64,000 nucleotides of DNA from assembly GCA_023205875.1 (NCBI GenBank), contig CP060754.1:1612001-1676000 (forward strand). The letters are read 5' to 3'. This document shows positions 21,374 to 32,723 of this stretch, in pieces. Positions within the stretch are counted from its first letter, which is position 1. The number at the start of each line of letters is the position of its first letter. The DNA is from Chloropicon primus (taxonomy: Eukaryota). The position numbers and the translations under genes were made by a program. Under the pieces are notes generated by a model. The model was not told the DNA's origin, did no database searches, and was given only the letters and a program-made list of their open reading frames with translations.

Positions 21374-21742
21374 TTGTGGTCACAACAGTAGTGTAACGAT
21401 TCTCCCACCCCCAATAAACCAAATACTTGTAAATCCATTCTAACCCACCAGCACCGCCTTGCCTTCATCGTCCCTCGCTCGTTTCTATCTCTCTCTCTCT
21501 CTCCTATACACATACACGAAGAGACACTAGCAGGGCGGGGCTCTTCCGAGGCAGGAAGGGGCGATGCATCCATCCATTGCCCTCCCCCCCCTCCAAGACG
21601 TCCGTCTCTTCCTCCTCGCCTGCTTCACCTTTGAACTGTACGATTGCAGCTGTCATTTGTGAGGGCCAAACGAGCGCCAAGGCTAGTGGTAGGGGAGGGG
21701 GAGAGCGCCAAGCGAGCGGTGGAAAGGGTTCACGCACAAACA

Positions 21743-21781
<39 letters not shown>

Positions 21782-21839
21782 CACAGTTTGCTTCCGCTTG
21801 TGCTTCTTCCATTGTCTTTTCATTTTCCGAAAGCAAAAG

Positions 21840-22753
21840 ATGGCGAGCGTGCCCAAGCTTTCCAAGGAGCTGGACAACGCGATAGAGGATGACAGGAGGT
21901 ACAAGCAGGTCGACTCCGCGAAGAAGAGGGCGGTGGCTCAGCGAGTGGACTACGACACGTTCAAGAATTTGGTCTCCGTGGCGCACCTGAAGCCTCTCCA
22001 AGCGCCGGATGAGATCGTGCGGGTGAAGGGCGCGCCTGCCTGGAGGTTCAACTCGTCGGGGGTGACGGAGGGGAAGGGAAAAGGCGAGCGGCCGATCCCA
22101 CAGGAGGAGGGGAGCTTCATCCCCGCCGAGCAGCCCAACACGAGTGCCTCCTTCGAGAGGACATGGAAGAAGAGCTGCAGAACGAGCGAGGAGAGGTACG
22201 CTTACATCAAGTTCTGTGCCCTGGACACTTTGGCACAGATTTTCAAGGTGAGGACTCGGGACAAGGAGGGCAAACCAAAAGCCTCGAGGCGGGCTGAGCA
22301 CTGACTGAACCTTGTCTCCTCGCTTTCTTCCTGCGTCGACCGATGCCGCCCCGCCATCAATTCCTTGCCACCCCATTCTTGGTTCGGCCAGGTCGAGCTC
22401 AACAGCGCGCTGCTGTCGAGTATTCTCGAGGTGATGCACGAACAGTTTCTAGTCAAAGATTCGCGGGAGAAGGCCGACCAGGTTTGCGATATTCTCGTCT
22501 GCCTGGCCAAGTCGGGTCGCTTTAGTCTGACGGTAAGTTTGCTTTCATCGAAAGAGTGACGAGGAGCGGAGCACGAACGAAGCTTGCTGACCACGAAGAG
22601 TGATGCGCCACAATACGGCGGACGCAGATAAGGTTGTTGGGAAAGAAGCACAAGCAGTGCCTGACGGAGATCATGGACCAGCTGAAGCAGGCCTGTGAGA
22701 AGGGGGAGGATGCCCGACTAGAAGAAATCTGCAAAGCCTATGGCCTCGAATGA
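21840..22753 (+). CDS. CCDC103: CCDC103/DNAAF19-like axonemal dynein attachment factor; introns 22248-22391 and 22533-22627
   Basis: ELDNAIEDDRRYKQVDSAKKRAVAQRVDYDTFKNLVSVAHLKPL (Dynein_attach_N); PNTSASFERTWK...IFK|VEL...GRFSLT|IRLLG (RPAP3_C-like). Confidence 0.85.
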
Positions 22754-23034
22754 CCTCGCTCTAAACACTACTTCGCTCTAAGCACCACCGATAAACGCAA
22801 GGACACTGGGAGCTGTGGTGAACCCATCCATCCATCCATTCAATAAAAAAAGAAGAGCATTCGAACTTGTCCTGAAGATGGTTGCCAAGGCACCCCTCCC
22901 TCCTCTCCCCTCCCCTCCCCTCTCCTCTCCTCTCCCTCCATCACCATCACCATCATCCGCGGGGTGTCTGCACCTCCTCTAGTTGTCAGTTGCTCCTGGT
23001 CAATCAAGGCCATGAGCCTCGCCTTAGTTTGACA

Positions 23035-24090
23035 ATGGATGCCGTGGGTGCGAAGCCCGGGCGCGGAGGTCCGCCATGGCGGGCGCTGCGACGGCGACGG
23101 AGGGGTCCTCGCGAAGGCCTCGTGGAGTCTCGGCGACGGGACGGGCCACGACGAAGCTTCGCGCCCTCCGCCTCGGGGAGGAAGCCAGCGGCGCGGAGGA
23201 CACGGTTGCATCGGCAACGCACGGCCGTTGCATCGGCCAGGGGCGACGTGGACGCGACGGGGAGGGGCGTGAGCGCTGCCAGGGGGGGGCAGGACTCCGT
23301 GTACGAGCGCGTCGTCGGCCAGGGGAAGGCGGAGCGGGAGACGCCGTGGGACGTGAAGGTGATCGTCCAAGTGATAACGTTTTGGCTCGTGGGGTTCTGC
23401 CTCGTGGGAGGCGTGTGCATTCCCCTCGTGACGCAGTGGTTCGGCTTCCAGGACCAGGCGAGCCTAGGGCTCCCGCCGGAGCAGTGGAAACAGGCCTTCT
23501 TCACGGTGACTGTTGACATTATGGAAATGTGCGTGGGCTTGGGAGTGCTCAAGGCCTGCATTGGGAGTTACAGGCCCCTGGAGAAGGGCTTCTTCCCCTT
23601 CAGGCTGAGGGGGAGGTGGCCGTTAGCCGTTCTTCTCGGGTGCGCGATGTTCCCATTCGTTCAGTACGTGGCGAACTTGAGCGAGGGGGTTCGGCTTTCG
23701 AGCTCGCCCTTGACCACGCAGTCGCCCCTGGAATGGCTTCCAAAGGAAATCATGCAGCTGGCGCCCATCGAGCTCGTGGCCCAGTCGGTGTACATCTTCT
23801 GGACGACCTGCATGTCGCCCATATGGGAGGAGATCCTCTTCAGGGGGTTCCTGGTCCCGTCGTTTGCGCGCTACCTGCCCAACGTGGTCTCCATAGCTCT
23901 GAGCGCGACCATCTTTGCGCTCTTGCACTTTAGTGCCAACAGGATCCTGCCCCTGACCCTCCTCGGCATCCTCCTTGGCTTTGTCTTCACGCGCACGAAC
24001 AACCTCATGGCGCCCATTGCCCTCCATAGCCTGTGGAACGTCTTCGCCTTTGTCAGCGCTTTCACTTTTCCTGTCGTGTCGATGTTGTAA
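23035..24090 (+). CDS. CAAX protease / Abi (CPBP) family membrane protein, plastid
   Basis: PIWEEILFRGFL, FALLH, PIALHSLWN; several TM helices; Arg-rich N-terminus. Confidence 0.9.
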   Translation: MDAVGAKPGRGGPPWRALRRRRRGPREGLVESRRRDGPRRSFAPSASGRKPAARRTRLHRQRTAVASARGDVDATGRGVSAARGGQDSVYERVVGQGKAERETPWDVKVIVQVITFWLVGFCLVGGVCIPLVTQWFGFQDQASLGLPPEQWKQAFFTVTVDIMEMCVGLGVLKACIGSYRPLEKGFFPFRLRGRWPLAVLLGCAMFPFVQYVANLSEGVRLSSSPLTTQSPLEWLPKEIMQLAPIELVAQSVYIFWTTCMSPIWEEILFRGFLVPSFARYLPNVVSIALSATIFALLHFSANRILPLTLLGILLGFVFTRTNNLMAPIALHSLWNVFAFVSAFTFPVVSML

Positions 24091-24206
24091 CTTTATGGAC
24101 GGTCTGAATACTTATAACATATACTCGTTTGTATATCAAATAGCCCACCAAAACCTCGGGGTGGCCCTCGCCGGGATAATTAAGTGTTCCACCGCCTCTC
24201 TGTGCT

Positions 24207-25330
24207 CTACATGAACTTGGCCTTGGAAAAGTCCATCTCCGGGTGGGCGTCCATGAATTTCTTCATCATGTCTTCCTTCTGCTGCTCCTCGCTGGTTGGC
24301 TGCCCCATCGCCTTTTGGCGCTGGTCAAACATCATCTTCTCCACCGTCTGCCTCGTCTCTGCATCCAAGTCGCTCAGATTGCTGTTTTCTGGCTCAACCT
24401 TCTTCGTGTTGATGGCTTCGTGCTTGTTGCACACCTTGTCCCACCAGCACATCGTGTCTACTTTCTGAAGGTGCAGCTCGAGCTCCTTTCCGTCGTCTTG
24501 GTGTGCAAGCGAGGGGAAACGAGCCAAGGCGAAAAGGAGTCGTCAGTCGCGCCACACGTTCTGAGGAACGCGTGGAGTGTGCGGGGGGAGGGGGGGTGGA
24601 CTGGGACGACAGGACTTACTTATGTTCCAGAAGCTGTCCTCCACCGCTATCTCCTTGTAAAGGTCGTCGTCGATGATGAAGCTCGAGTCGGAGCTGTTCG
24701 GCGACTTGAGGCCGACTTTCAGGTGAGTCTTTCGGATGTCCACGTTGCAGTCTCGGGCCTTGGTCCCAGCAGGAACGGGAATCGTGTAAGTCACATCTTG
24801 CAGGGTTTGAACCCAGGACTGGCCGTTCTCGAAAGTGAAGCCGTTGCCGCTGTTTGGCACCAACCCCGTGCCCTCGTCGGCCTCCTCCTCGGGAAGGTCG
24901 GTGACCTTCTCCTCTCCGGCCTTCCCATCACCCGACTTAGCCAATTCTGACACGGCCTTCTTCTCGGCCTCCTCGGCCTCCGCCTTGAGCTTCTGGTCGA
25001 GGGACTCGTCAGCCAGCCCAGGGTTGCTGATCTCCTCGATGGCCTCCTCGTCCTTCTTCTTCTTGCCTGCACCGACCTCCTTCTTCTGCTGGGCACCGCC
25101 GAAGAACCCCTTCCTTACCCCGCCGCCCTCCCTCGCCTTCCTCCTGTTCACCTTGATCAACTCCCAAAGGCGCTTCTCCACGCCCTCCACAAGGAACCTG
25201 AGGCACCACCAAGGCGAACCAGAGCGGAACACCCGCGCGCGTGCAAGTGCAAGGCCAGCGGAAGAGCCACCACCGCGTCAGTCAGAGAGCCGCCGAGGGG
25301 ACACCGAGAGACCGAGACATACAGATCGAC

Positions 25331-25371
<41 letters not shown>

Positions 25372-25584
25372 AAGCCAGATCACACGCAACTGGCAACCAG
25401 ATCCAAAGGTAAGGCCTCTCTCGCCTTTCCTTGTGTCCCCCCTCGAGATCAAACGCAGTACTTACATGTCCGTCGTTTTGTTGAGCTGATCGAGCACATT
25501 GGCAACCACTTTCACCGGGTCTCCTCCCCCCACCTCCCCGTCCGCAAGCCATGACGCTACCTGGTCCGAGAACTCCGAAGACAT
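24207..25584 (-). CDS. NUDC: NudC/BOBBER family co-chaperone; introns 25198-25465 and 24497-24619
   Basis: [71 protein letters not shown]; two GTAAGT introns restore the frame. Confidence 0.93.
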
Positions 25585-26036
25585 GTTGGCGACGTGAATT
25601 CCTTCCTTTCTGGTTTCGCAACAACACAACACCGCAAGTCCCGAGCACGACGAGTGAACGTCTGGATAATAGAACCAAGCCAAGGTCGAAGCCTCCCCTT
25701 GCCTTGCCTTGCCTTGGGTGTCGTCGTCGTGTGGATTGGATCCAGATCCTCTCCCTCTTCCTCTCTCTCTCCCTTTCCTTCTCGCCTTTTGAGGCGCGGA
25801 AGCTCTTTCACTGACGACGATCAGATCGGCGGCGATCGATCGTGGAGGTTGTGGAGGTGGGGGTTGTGTTTTGGAACAGGAGGACGAGGACGAGGACGTG
25901 GTTGTGGAGTGAAGCATTTTGTGAAACTACGTCTCCAAGGCTTTCGAGTGATACCTCGCACGAGCGTTTCGACGCCGGGAGTGACCGGGACGAGAGCGGC
26001 GTTGGAGTGCAGAGTTTGGTGGCCGGAGTGTGTGGC

Positions 26037-29000
26037 ATGGTGGAGAAGAGGGTGAAGTTTGAGGAGGGGGAGGAGAGGGGGAAGGGGAAGGGGAAGGGGA
26101 AGGAATTTGGGAACGGGAAGAAGGCTTCCGCGTCGCGAGGCAAAATGATGGGACCGCACGACGACGAGGCGATGGAGTGCCTCACCAGGGACCCCTCGAA
26201 GCTCAGCATGCCGATAAGACACTTGCAGGACAAGTACGAGCTGCTTCCCGCGTTCTTGCGAGTCAGGGGGCTGGTGAGGCAGCACATAGATTCGTTCAAC
26301 TACTTCATCGAGCACGAGATAAGGAAGATCGTCAAGGCGAAGGCGAACGAGAGGGTGACTTGCGATGCGGACCCGAATTTTTTCCTCCGGTACTTGGATA
26401 TTTATGTGGGCGAGCCTGTGGTGACGGAGGACTACGTGGCGTCGGAGATCACGCCGCACGAGTGCAGGCTGAGGGACATGACGTACGCCGCGCCGATCTC
26501 CGTCGACATCGAGTACACGAGGGGTGTCGATAAGAATGGCAAGCCAGTCATAGTGACCAAGAGGGAGCCTCTGCAGCCCGTGTTTGCGGACGAGGGGGAC
26601 CCCATGGACGTGGACGACGGCGGGAGCGGGGGGAGGTCGACACAGGGCCGGGGGAGGCAGAGGAAAAAGGGAGCGATAAACATCGGGCGCTTGCCGCTTA
26701 TGCTTGGCTGCTGCCGGTGCGTCCTGCGAGACAAGACGGAGGAGGAGCTCTCGCAGCTCCAGGAGTGCCCCCTGGACCCCGGTGGATACTTCGTGGTCAA
26801 GGGAGTCGAGAAGGTCATCCTCATCCAGGAGCAGCTGAGCAAGAACAGGGTGATCATCGACATCGATTCGCACGGCCTGCCGTGCGCAAGCGTCGCGAGT
26901 GCCACGCACGAGAGGAAGTCGAAGACCCACCTCATCGTCAAGTCGGACGGGCGAATCATGCTGAAGCACAACTCCTTCTCGGAAGACATCCCGCTGTGCA
27001 TCATCTTCAAGGCGATGGGTATAGAGAGCGAGCAGGAGATGCTGCAGCTGATCTGCACCTCGAAGGACCATATGAACTTGATGGTCCCGTCCATCAGGGA
27101 GTGCATGGAGCTCGAGATCCACGCCCAAGACCAGGCCCTGGAGTACTGCGCCAGCAAGTTCAAGTCGAGCCGACACAGCTACACAAACTACAACGCCAAG
27201 GGCGGGGGGCGGGGGCGGGGCCAGAAGAGCGACAGCTCGCACCAGAACAACGCTGATTCTGAGGGCCCCGGTGGGAACAACCAAGCCCCCCCGAACCCGT
27301 ACCAGCACCCGTTCGCGATGAGGACCAAGGTGGACGAGGCGAGGGACGTTCTCGCGGGCGTGATATTGTCGCACGTGGCAGCGCCCAAGTACAACTTTAG
27401 GGAGAAAGTGTTCTATCTGTCGACGATGACCCGGAGACTTTTGGAGGCCTTGATCGACCCAAACAACGTGGATGACAAGGATTACTACGGCAACAAGAGG
27501 CTTGAGCTGGCGGGCCAGCTCCTTGCCTTGCTCTTCGAGGACCTGTTCAAGAGGCTGAACTCGGACTTGAAGAGGCAGGCTGACTCCACCCTGAGTAAAG
27601 CCAACAGGGCGGCGCAGTTCGACATCGCAAAGTTCTTCCGCCCGGACACCATCACCAATGGACTCGAGCACGCCATAGCCTCGGGCAATTGGACGGTCAA
27701 GAGATTCAGAATGGAGCGGAAGGGAGTGACGCAGGTCCTGAGCCGCCTCTCCTACGTCGCCACCCTCGGAATGATGACGAGGATCACCTCCCAGTTCGAG
27801 AAGACGAGAAAGATCTCTGGGCCCAGGGCCCTCCAACCCAGTCAGTGGGGGATGCTCTGCCCTTGCGACACCCCAGAAGGAGAGTCGTGTGGGCTGGTAA
27901 AAAACTTGGCGATCATGACTCACGTGACCACGGATGACGAGGATCCAGACTCCCTCAGAAAGCTTGTGTACTCCTTGGGTTGCGAGAGCATTCACTTGGT
28001 GACAAGCGCGTTCGAGCACAAGGGGCAGCGAAGGAGCCTGGTGTACCTCAACGGCAGCATCATTGGCGTCCACAGACGGCCAGAGGCGCTGGCCAGGAGC
28101 TTGAGGCAGCTGAGAAGGAAGGCCATGGGGGTGGGGATTTATGTCTCAGTGCATTGCGACGACTCTGCTGTGAACATTGCGAGTGACGGAGGAAGGGTTT
28201 GCAGACCCCTCATCATATGCGACGAGGGCGTGGCAAGAGTGACCGCCGAGCACACCAAAATGCTCGTGGAGAACAAGATGGATTTCGAGGACCTCCTGAA
28301 GATGGGACTGGTGGAGTACCTGGACGTGAACGAGGAGAACGACTGCCTCATCGCTCTGCGCGAGGAGAATCTGGAGGAGACCACCACCCACTTGGAGATT
28401 GAGCCGTTCACGATTCTTGGAGTCTGCGCTGGCCTGATCCCTTACCCTCACCACAACCAATCTCCGAGGAACACCTACCAGTGCGCTATGGGAAAGCAGG
28501 CCATGGGAAGCATGGCGTACAACCAGCACAAACGCATGGATACCCTCTTGTACCTCCTTGTGTACCCACAAAAGCCTCTGGTGAAGACAAAGATCCTGGA
28601 CCTGATCAAGTTTGATCAGCTCGGGGCGGGTCAGAATGCCACCGTCGCCGTCATGTCCTACAGTGGTTACGACATAGAGGATGCCATCGTGATGAACAAG
28701 GCGAGCTTGGACCGCGGCTTCGGAAGGTGCGTGGTTTTGCGAAAGTACGGCACGACCATCAAAAAGTACACGAACAGGACCAGCGACAGGATAGTGCCGG
28801 TGAACCGCCCGCTGGACGTCCCTGCAAATGACCCAAAGTTCGCCAAGCTGAAGAAGAACTTGATTAGGTCGCACAAGCTCCTCGATGACGATGGCATTGC
28901 TGCCCCTGGCTCGAAAATCATGGATGGCGAGATGTACATTAACAAGCAAACGCCAATACAGGTCCGAGACCCAGTGCCGGACCACATGCACAACCAGGAT

Positions 29001-30947
29001 AGCTTTTACAAGCCGACCCCGCAGTACTACAAGGGGCCCAAGGGTGAGACCGGGGTGGTTGACAAGGTCCTGCTCACGAGCAACGAGGAGAACCACTTTC
29101 TGGTGAAAGCTCTCGTCAGGCACACGAGGAGGCCGGAGGTTGGCGACAAGTTCTGTCTAAGTCGCGAGGAGCACGAGGTTCTGTGCGAACGCGGTTGGAT
29201 TCCGATCGAGGACGTGACGACGGACGATTTCGCACTGACGCTGGACCCAGAGGAGGGCACGATGGGGTACGAGCGCGTGCTAGAGACGCATGCGTACGAC
29301 TGCAACGACGAGTACATGTACGAGATCCACGCTCAGCAGATCAGCCTGAAGGCAACGCTCTGCCATCGCATGTGGGTGAAGAAGCGCGATAGCATGAAGT
29401 ACAGCTTTGAGTTCGCCAAGGACATCGTGGGCAAGCGCGTCTGTTACAAGAAGAACTGCGAGCACGGTCTCGATCTCTCTCAGATCGTGCACCCACCCGT
29501 ACCAGTACCAAACAAGGAGCACGTCGAGGACTGGCTCTTCTTCTTCGGCTTCTGGGTTGGTGATGGATCGGTCGAGAAGGCGAACGGGCGCGTCTCGATT
29601 GCACAGAAGGAACCAGAGATGCGCGCTCAGATCATCGATGTGTCCAAGCGTCTTGGTCTCATCTTTTCGGGAGAGTGCTACGACATCTCGTGCAACTACA
29701 ACCTGACGTACTGCAAGACCAAGAACCCAGAGCTATGTGCATTCCTCGCCCCACTGTCGGTCGGTGCGCTCAACAAGTTTCTTCCAACATGGGCGCTGCG
29801 TCTGTCAGTCGACCATTCGCGCGCTCTCCTCGCCGGGTTGCTGGCGAGCGACGGAACGTGCAACATGAACGCAAAGTACTTTGGGAACAAGGCGGCGTAC
29901 GCGTACTACACATCGTCCACTCGACTTCGCGACGACGTACAATCCCTCATTCTGAATTGTGGCTTTGCGGCGAATGTCTCAATTAGCCACGATGTCGGAT
30001 ATGAGACCATGCTGAATGATCGCCCAATTGTTGCTAATGCCACTAACTGGCGCATCTCCCTTGTCGAGCGCAAGTGCCATCCGACCGTCAACCACGGCCA
30101 TCTTCACCAGCAAAAGCGGCAGACTGAGCGGATCGTCAAGTACACCGGATCGGTTCATTGCATCACCGTTCGGACGGGCATCTTCTACGTGCGTCGAAAC
30201 GGAAAGGGATGCTGGACGGGAAACTCCTCGCGCCACGGGCAGAAGGGAGTTATTGGCGCCATCGTCCCCCAGGAGGACATGCCCTTCAGCGACATGGGGA
30301 TTTGCCCTGACCTCGTGATGAACCCCCACGGTTTCCCCTCGAGGATGACGGTGGGCAAGATGATAGAGCTCCTCGGAGGCAAGGCGGCGGTCTTCGACGG
30401 CAAGCTCAAGGACGGAACTTGCTTTGCCGGCGACAAAATCGAAGGGCTGTGCAAAGTCCTGACCGAGCACGGCTTCAGTTACTCTGGAAAGGACTACCTG
30501 ACTTGCGGGCAGAGTGGAGAGCCCCTGCAGGCTTACATTTTCATGGGACCTGTCTACTACCAGAAGCTCAAGCACATGGTCATGGACAAGATGCACGCCA
30601 GGGCGAGGGGTCCCCGAGTCGTGCTCACCAGGCAACCCACGGAGGGAAGGAGCAGGGACGGAGGCCTGAGACTAGGCGAGATGGAGAGGGACTGCCTCGT
30701 CGCCCACGGAGCAAGCCGCTTGATCTTGGAGAGGCTCATGTACTCCTCCGATCAGTTCACCGTCCACGTGTGCGCGGAGTGCGGCCTGCTCGGCTACTAC
30801 CATCACAAGGAGGAGAAAGGGTACTGCGCCAAGTGCGGGCAGACCAAGACGGTGAAACCCGTGAAGATTCCGTACGCGTGCAAGCTTCTCTTCCAGGAGC
30901 TGCAGTCCATGAACATCGTGCCAAGGCTCGAGCTTGAGAAAGCATAG
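26037..30947 (+). CDS. RPC2: DNA-directed RNA polymerase III second-largest subunit, intronless, intein-containing precursor
   Basis: [51 protein letters not shown] and [25 protein letters not shown] (Pol III-type), [12 protein letters not shown]...[26 protein letters not shown]-terminal Zn ribbon. First in-frame ATG at 26037. Confidence 0.96.
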   Translation: MVEKRVKFEEGEERGKGKGKGKEFGNGKKASASRGKMMGPHDDEAMECLTRDPSKLSMPIRHLQDKYELLPAFLRVRGLVRQHIDSFNYFIEHEIRKIVKAKANERVTCDADPNFFLRYLDIYVGEPVVTEDYVASEITPHECRLRDMTYAAPISVDIEYTRGVDKNGKPVIVTKREPLQPVFADEGDPMDVDDGGSGGRSTQGRGRQRKKGAINIGRLPLMLGCCRCVLRDKTEEELSQLQECPLDPGGYFVVKGVEKVILIQEQLSKNRVIIDIDSHGLPCASVASATHERKSKTHLIVKSDGRIMLKHNSFSEDIPLCIIFKAMGIESEQEMLQLICTSKDHMNLMVPSIRECMELEIHAQDQALEYCASKFKSSRHSYTNYNAKGGGRGRGQKSDSSHQNNADSEGPGGNNQAPPNPYQHPFAMRTKVDEARDVLAGVILSHVAAPKYNFREKVFYLSTMTRRLLEALIDPNNVDDKDYYGNKRLELAGQLLALLFEDLFKRLNSDLKRQADSTLSKANRAAQFDIAKFFRPDTITNGLEHAIASGNWTVKRFRMERKGVTQVLSRLSYVATLGMMTRITSQFEKTRKISGPRALQPSQWGMLCPCDTPEGESCGLVKNLAIMTHVTTDDEDPDSLRKLVYSLGCESIHLVTSAFEHKGQRRSLVYLNGSIIGVHRRPEALARSLRQLRRKAMGVGIYVSVHCDDSAVNIASDGGRVCRPLIICDEGVARVTAEHTKMLVENKMDFEDLLKMGLVEYLDVNEENDCLIALREENLEETTTHLEIEPFTILGVCAGLIPYPHHNQSPRNTYQCAMGKQAMGSMAYNQHKRMDTLLYLLVYPQKPLVKTKILDLIKFDQLGAGQNATVAVMSYSGYDIEDAIVMNKASLDRGFGRCVVLRKYGTTIKKYTNRTSDRIVPVNRPLDVPANDPKFAKLKKNLIRSHKLLDDDGIAAPGSKIMDGEMYINKQTPIQVRDPVPDHMHNQDSFYKPTPQYYKGPKGETGVVDKVLLTSNEENHFLVKALVRHTRRPEVGDKFCLSREEHEVLCERGWIPIEDVTTDDFALTLDPEEGTMGYERVLETHAYDCNDEYMYEIHAQQISLKATLCHRMWVKKRDSMKYSFEFAKDIVGKRVCYKKNCEHGLDLSQIVHPPVPVPNKEHVEDWLFFFGFWVGDGSVEKANGRVSIAQKEPEMRAQIIDVSKRLGLIFSGECYDISCNYNLTYCKTKNPELCAFLAPLSVGALNKFLPTWALRLSVDHSRALLAGLLASDGTCNMNAKYFGNKAAYAYYTSSTRLRDDVQSLILNCGFAANVSISHDVGYETMLNDRPIVANATNWRISLVERKCHPTVNHGHLHQQKRQTERIVKYTGSVHCITVRTGIFYVRRNGKGCWTGNSSRHGQKGVIGAIVPQEDMPFSDMGICPDLVMNPHGFPSRMTVGKMIELLGGKAAVFDGKLKDGTCFAGDKIEGLCKVLTEHGFSYSGKDYLTCGQSGEPLQAYIFMGPVYYQKLKHMVMDKMHARARGPRVVLTRQPTEGRSRDGGLRLGEMERDCLVAHGASRLILERLMYSSDQFTVHVCAECGLLGYYHHKEEKGYCAKCGQTKTVKPVKIPYACKLLFQELQSMNIVPRLELEKA
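29154..30224 (+). mobile_element. Intein with LAGLIDADG homing endonuclease (357 aa) in RPC2
   Basis: In-frame insertion splits the conserved [12 protein letters not shown]. Starts with Cys (CLS), block B TLCH, LAGLIDADG helices [10 protein letters not shown] and [11 protein letters not shown], block F GSVHCITV, ends WTGN with +1 Ser. Confidence 0.96.
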
Positions 30948-30987
30948 GACCAGGATCAGGATCAGGAAGAAGAAGGGCGAGGTGAAG

Positions 30988-31030
<43 letters not shown>

Positions 31031-31113
31031 GTTTGTTGTAATAAAAAATTGAAGCAAAGCCCAGAGGATCCAAGCGCCAGATCTTTCTCCCTCCTAAAAC
31101 CCCTTATCCAAAA

Positions 31114-32616
31114 ATGGCTGCTGCTGTGCGGCGAGGTTGCGCGAGGATCGCTGGCGATCAGAAGGGAGGGGGGACCGGTCGGTCGCACTCCGCCGGGCGA
31201 TACAAGTCGGCGAATGGCGTGAGTCCGTTGTCGTCCAGCAGCGAGGAGGTTGGCGTGAGCCCGTTGTCGTCCAGCAGCGAGGAGGTTGGCGTGAGCCCGT
31301 CGTCGTCCAGCAGCGGGAGGAGGTCCGCTCTCTTTGGAGGCCTACTGGCGACTTCCCTCCTCTCTCAGGCGTCGTGGGCGCCGCCCTCCCTCGCGACGCT
31401 GGGGCCGGAGTCGAGTTGGCCGCTGTGGCTGGCGCTTCCCGTGGCGCCGTACTCGCGCAGGAAGACGATACGGACGAAAGTTGCGCCCAAGGTCTGGACC
31501 TTCGACCAGAGCATAGGGATCTACTACGTGCACGTTCCGATCCGGATGACAGTGGTGGCGATGGAAAGCGGCGGCCTCTTCGTTTACGCTCCCGTCGCAC
31601 CCACGAAGGAGTGCCTGAACCTGCTGCAGCCCCTGATTGAGGAACACGGAGACGTCAGGTTCATCGTCCTGCCCTCCGTGGCGGTCGAGCACAAGGTGAA
31701 CGCCGGGCCCTTCGCCCGGCGTTTCCCCAATGCGGAGTTCTACGTGGCTTCGAATCAGTACGCGTTCCCGGTGAACCTGCCTGGATCCTTTCTCGGGTTT
31801 CCGAGCTGGACCAAGACGCTCCCCGACAGCAGCGACGACATGAAGGGTGCCGCACCGGCTTGGGGCGGAGAGCTCGAGCACGAGGTGCTCCGAGTGAAGC
31901 CGGGGCCGGGAAGCGACTACCAGGACGCGGCCTTCTTCCACCGGCCCTCCAAGACGTTGCTGGTCTGCGATGCGGTCTTCGCAGTGACAGAAAACCCGCC
32001 TCCGATCCTCGAGAGCGACCCGGAGTACGTGAGGGCATTGCTCTTCCACGCAAGGGACTCCGCCGAGGAAGTGCCCCGAGACACGCAAGAGAACCGGAGA
32101 AAGGGCTGGAGGAGGATCATCCTGTACGCGAACTTTTTCATCCCCGGGGCGGCCAAAGCGGACTTGGGCCTGAAGCCGATCGCCGAGGCCTTGAAGCAGC
32201 CAGGGTTCCCACTTGGATGGGGCGGGTGGCTGCCGTTCGAGTGGAGGGACACGGAGCTGAAAGACTTCGAGCAGTTCAGCCAGGGGGGGCGGCCGAACAT
32301 CCTGCCCATCATTCAGATCATTCTCGCGAGGGATCCCGCCGCAGTGTTCGCTTGGCTGGACAGGATGAGCGCCAAGGGTTGGGACTTTCAGAGCGTTGTG
32401 CCCGCCCACCTCGACGCCCCACTGGACATCGGGCTCAAGGAGTTCGCAGCAACGTTTGACTTTGCGTTTGGGGACAAGAAGAACGAGGTCAGGTCGTGTG
32501 ACGAGGACGTAGAGTTCCTGAGGAAGGCGGAGGAGGGCGCTCTGAATTTTTCGGTGTACAAAACTCCGTACGGGACTTTGTCGGGGAAGACGGGCCCGTG
32601 CCAGTTGCGCGCTTGA
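31114..32616 (+). CDS. DUF4336-type plastid protein (plant/cyanobacterial)
   Basis: SWPLWLALPVAPYSRRKTIR, VHVPIRMTVV, GGLFVYAPVAPTKEC, EHK, FFHRPSKTLLVCD, VVPAHLDAP. Confidence 0.85.
   Translation: MAAAVRRGCARIAGDQKGGGTGRSHSAGRYKSANGVSPLSSSSEEVGVSPLSSSSEEVGVSPSSSSSGRRSALFGGLLATSLLSQASWAPPSLATLGPESSWPLWLALPVAPYSRRKTIRTKVAPKVWTFDQSIGIYYVHVPIRMTVVAMESGGLFVYAPVAPTKECLNLLQPLIEEHGDVRFIVLPSVAVEHKVNAGPFARRFPNAEFYVASNQYAFPVNLPGSFLGFPSWTKTLPDSSDDMKGAAPAWGGELEHEVLRVKPGPGSDYQDAAFFHRPSKTLLVCDAVFAVTENPPPILESDPEYVRALLFHARDSAEEVPRDTQENRRKGWRRIILYANFFIPGAAKADLGLKPIAEALKQPGFPLGWGGWLPFEWRDTELKDFEQFSQGGRPNILPIIQIILARDPAAVFAWLDRMSAKGWDFQSVVPAHLDAPLDIGLKEFAATFDFAFGDKKNEVRSCDEDVEFLRKAEEGALNFSVYKTPYGTLSGKTGPCQLRA
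31216..31315 (+). repeat. 36-nt coding tandem repeat (~2.8 copies; GVSPLSSSSEEV)
   Basis: GGCGTGAGYCCGTTGTCGTCCAGCAGCGAGGAGGTT units starting at 31216, 31252 and 31288 (last one partial). Confidence 0.9.
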
Positions 32617-32625
32617 CGTAAACGA

Positions 32626-32659
<34 letters not shown>

Positions 32660-32723
32660 GTATGCCTGTGTATAGATAGATATATCAAGGACGACGACTC
32701 GTTGAGGAGCGCGCACGGTTTAC

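Noticed and set aside
21504..21656. 50-aa minus-strand ORF (MTAAIVQF...) between NMT and CCDC103
   Set aside because: Short, with no motif or splice support; it cannot be told apart from noise.
22533..22627. In-frame TGA at 22557-22559 as selenocysteine or a pseudogene stop in CCDC103
   Set aside because: It lies inside a GTAAGT...GCAG intron whose removal restores the frame.
29154..30224. Interpreting the RPC2 insertion as a spliceosomal or group I intron
   Set aside because: No GT-AG ends at the homology boundaries, a continuous reading frame, and exact Cys...Asn|Ser intein junctions.
25842..30947. Calling the polymerase subunit RPB2, or an endogenous giant-virus gene
   Set aside because: Pol III-specific motifs ([21 protein letters not shown]), host-like codon usage in the exteins, and ordinary eukaryotic neighbours.
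31216..31315. 36-nt repeats as a CRISPR array
   Set aside because: Head-to-tail with no spacers, in frame within a CDS, eukaryotic context and no cas genes.
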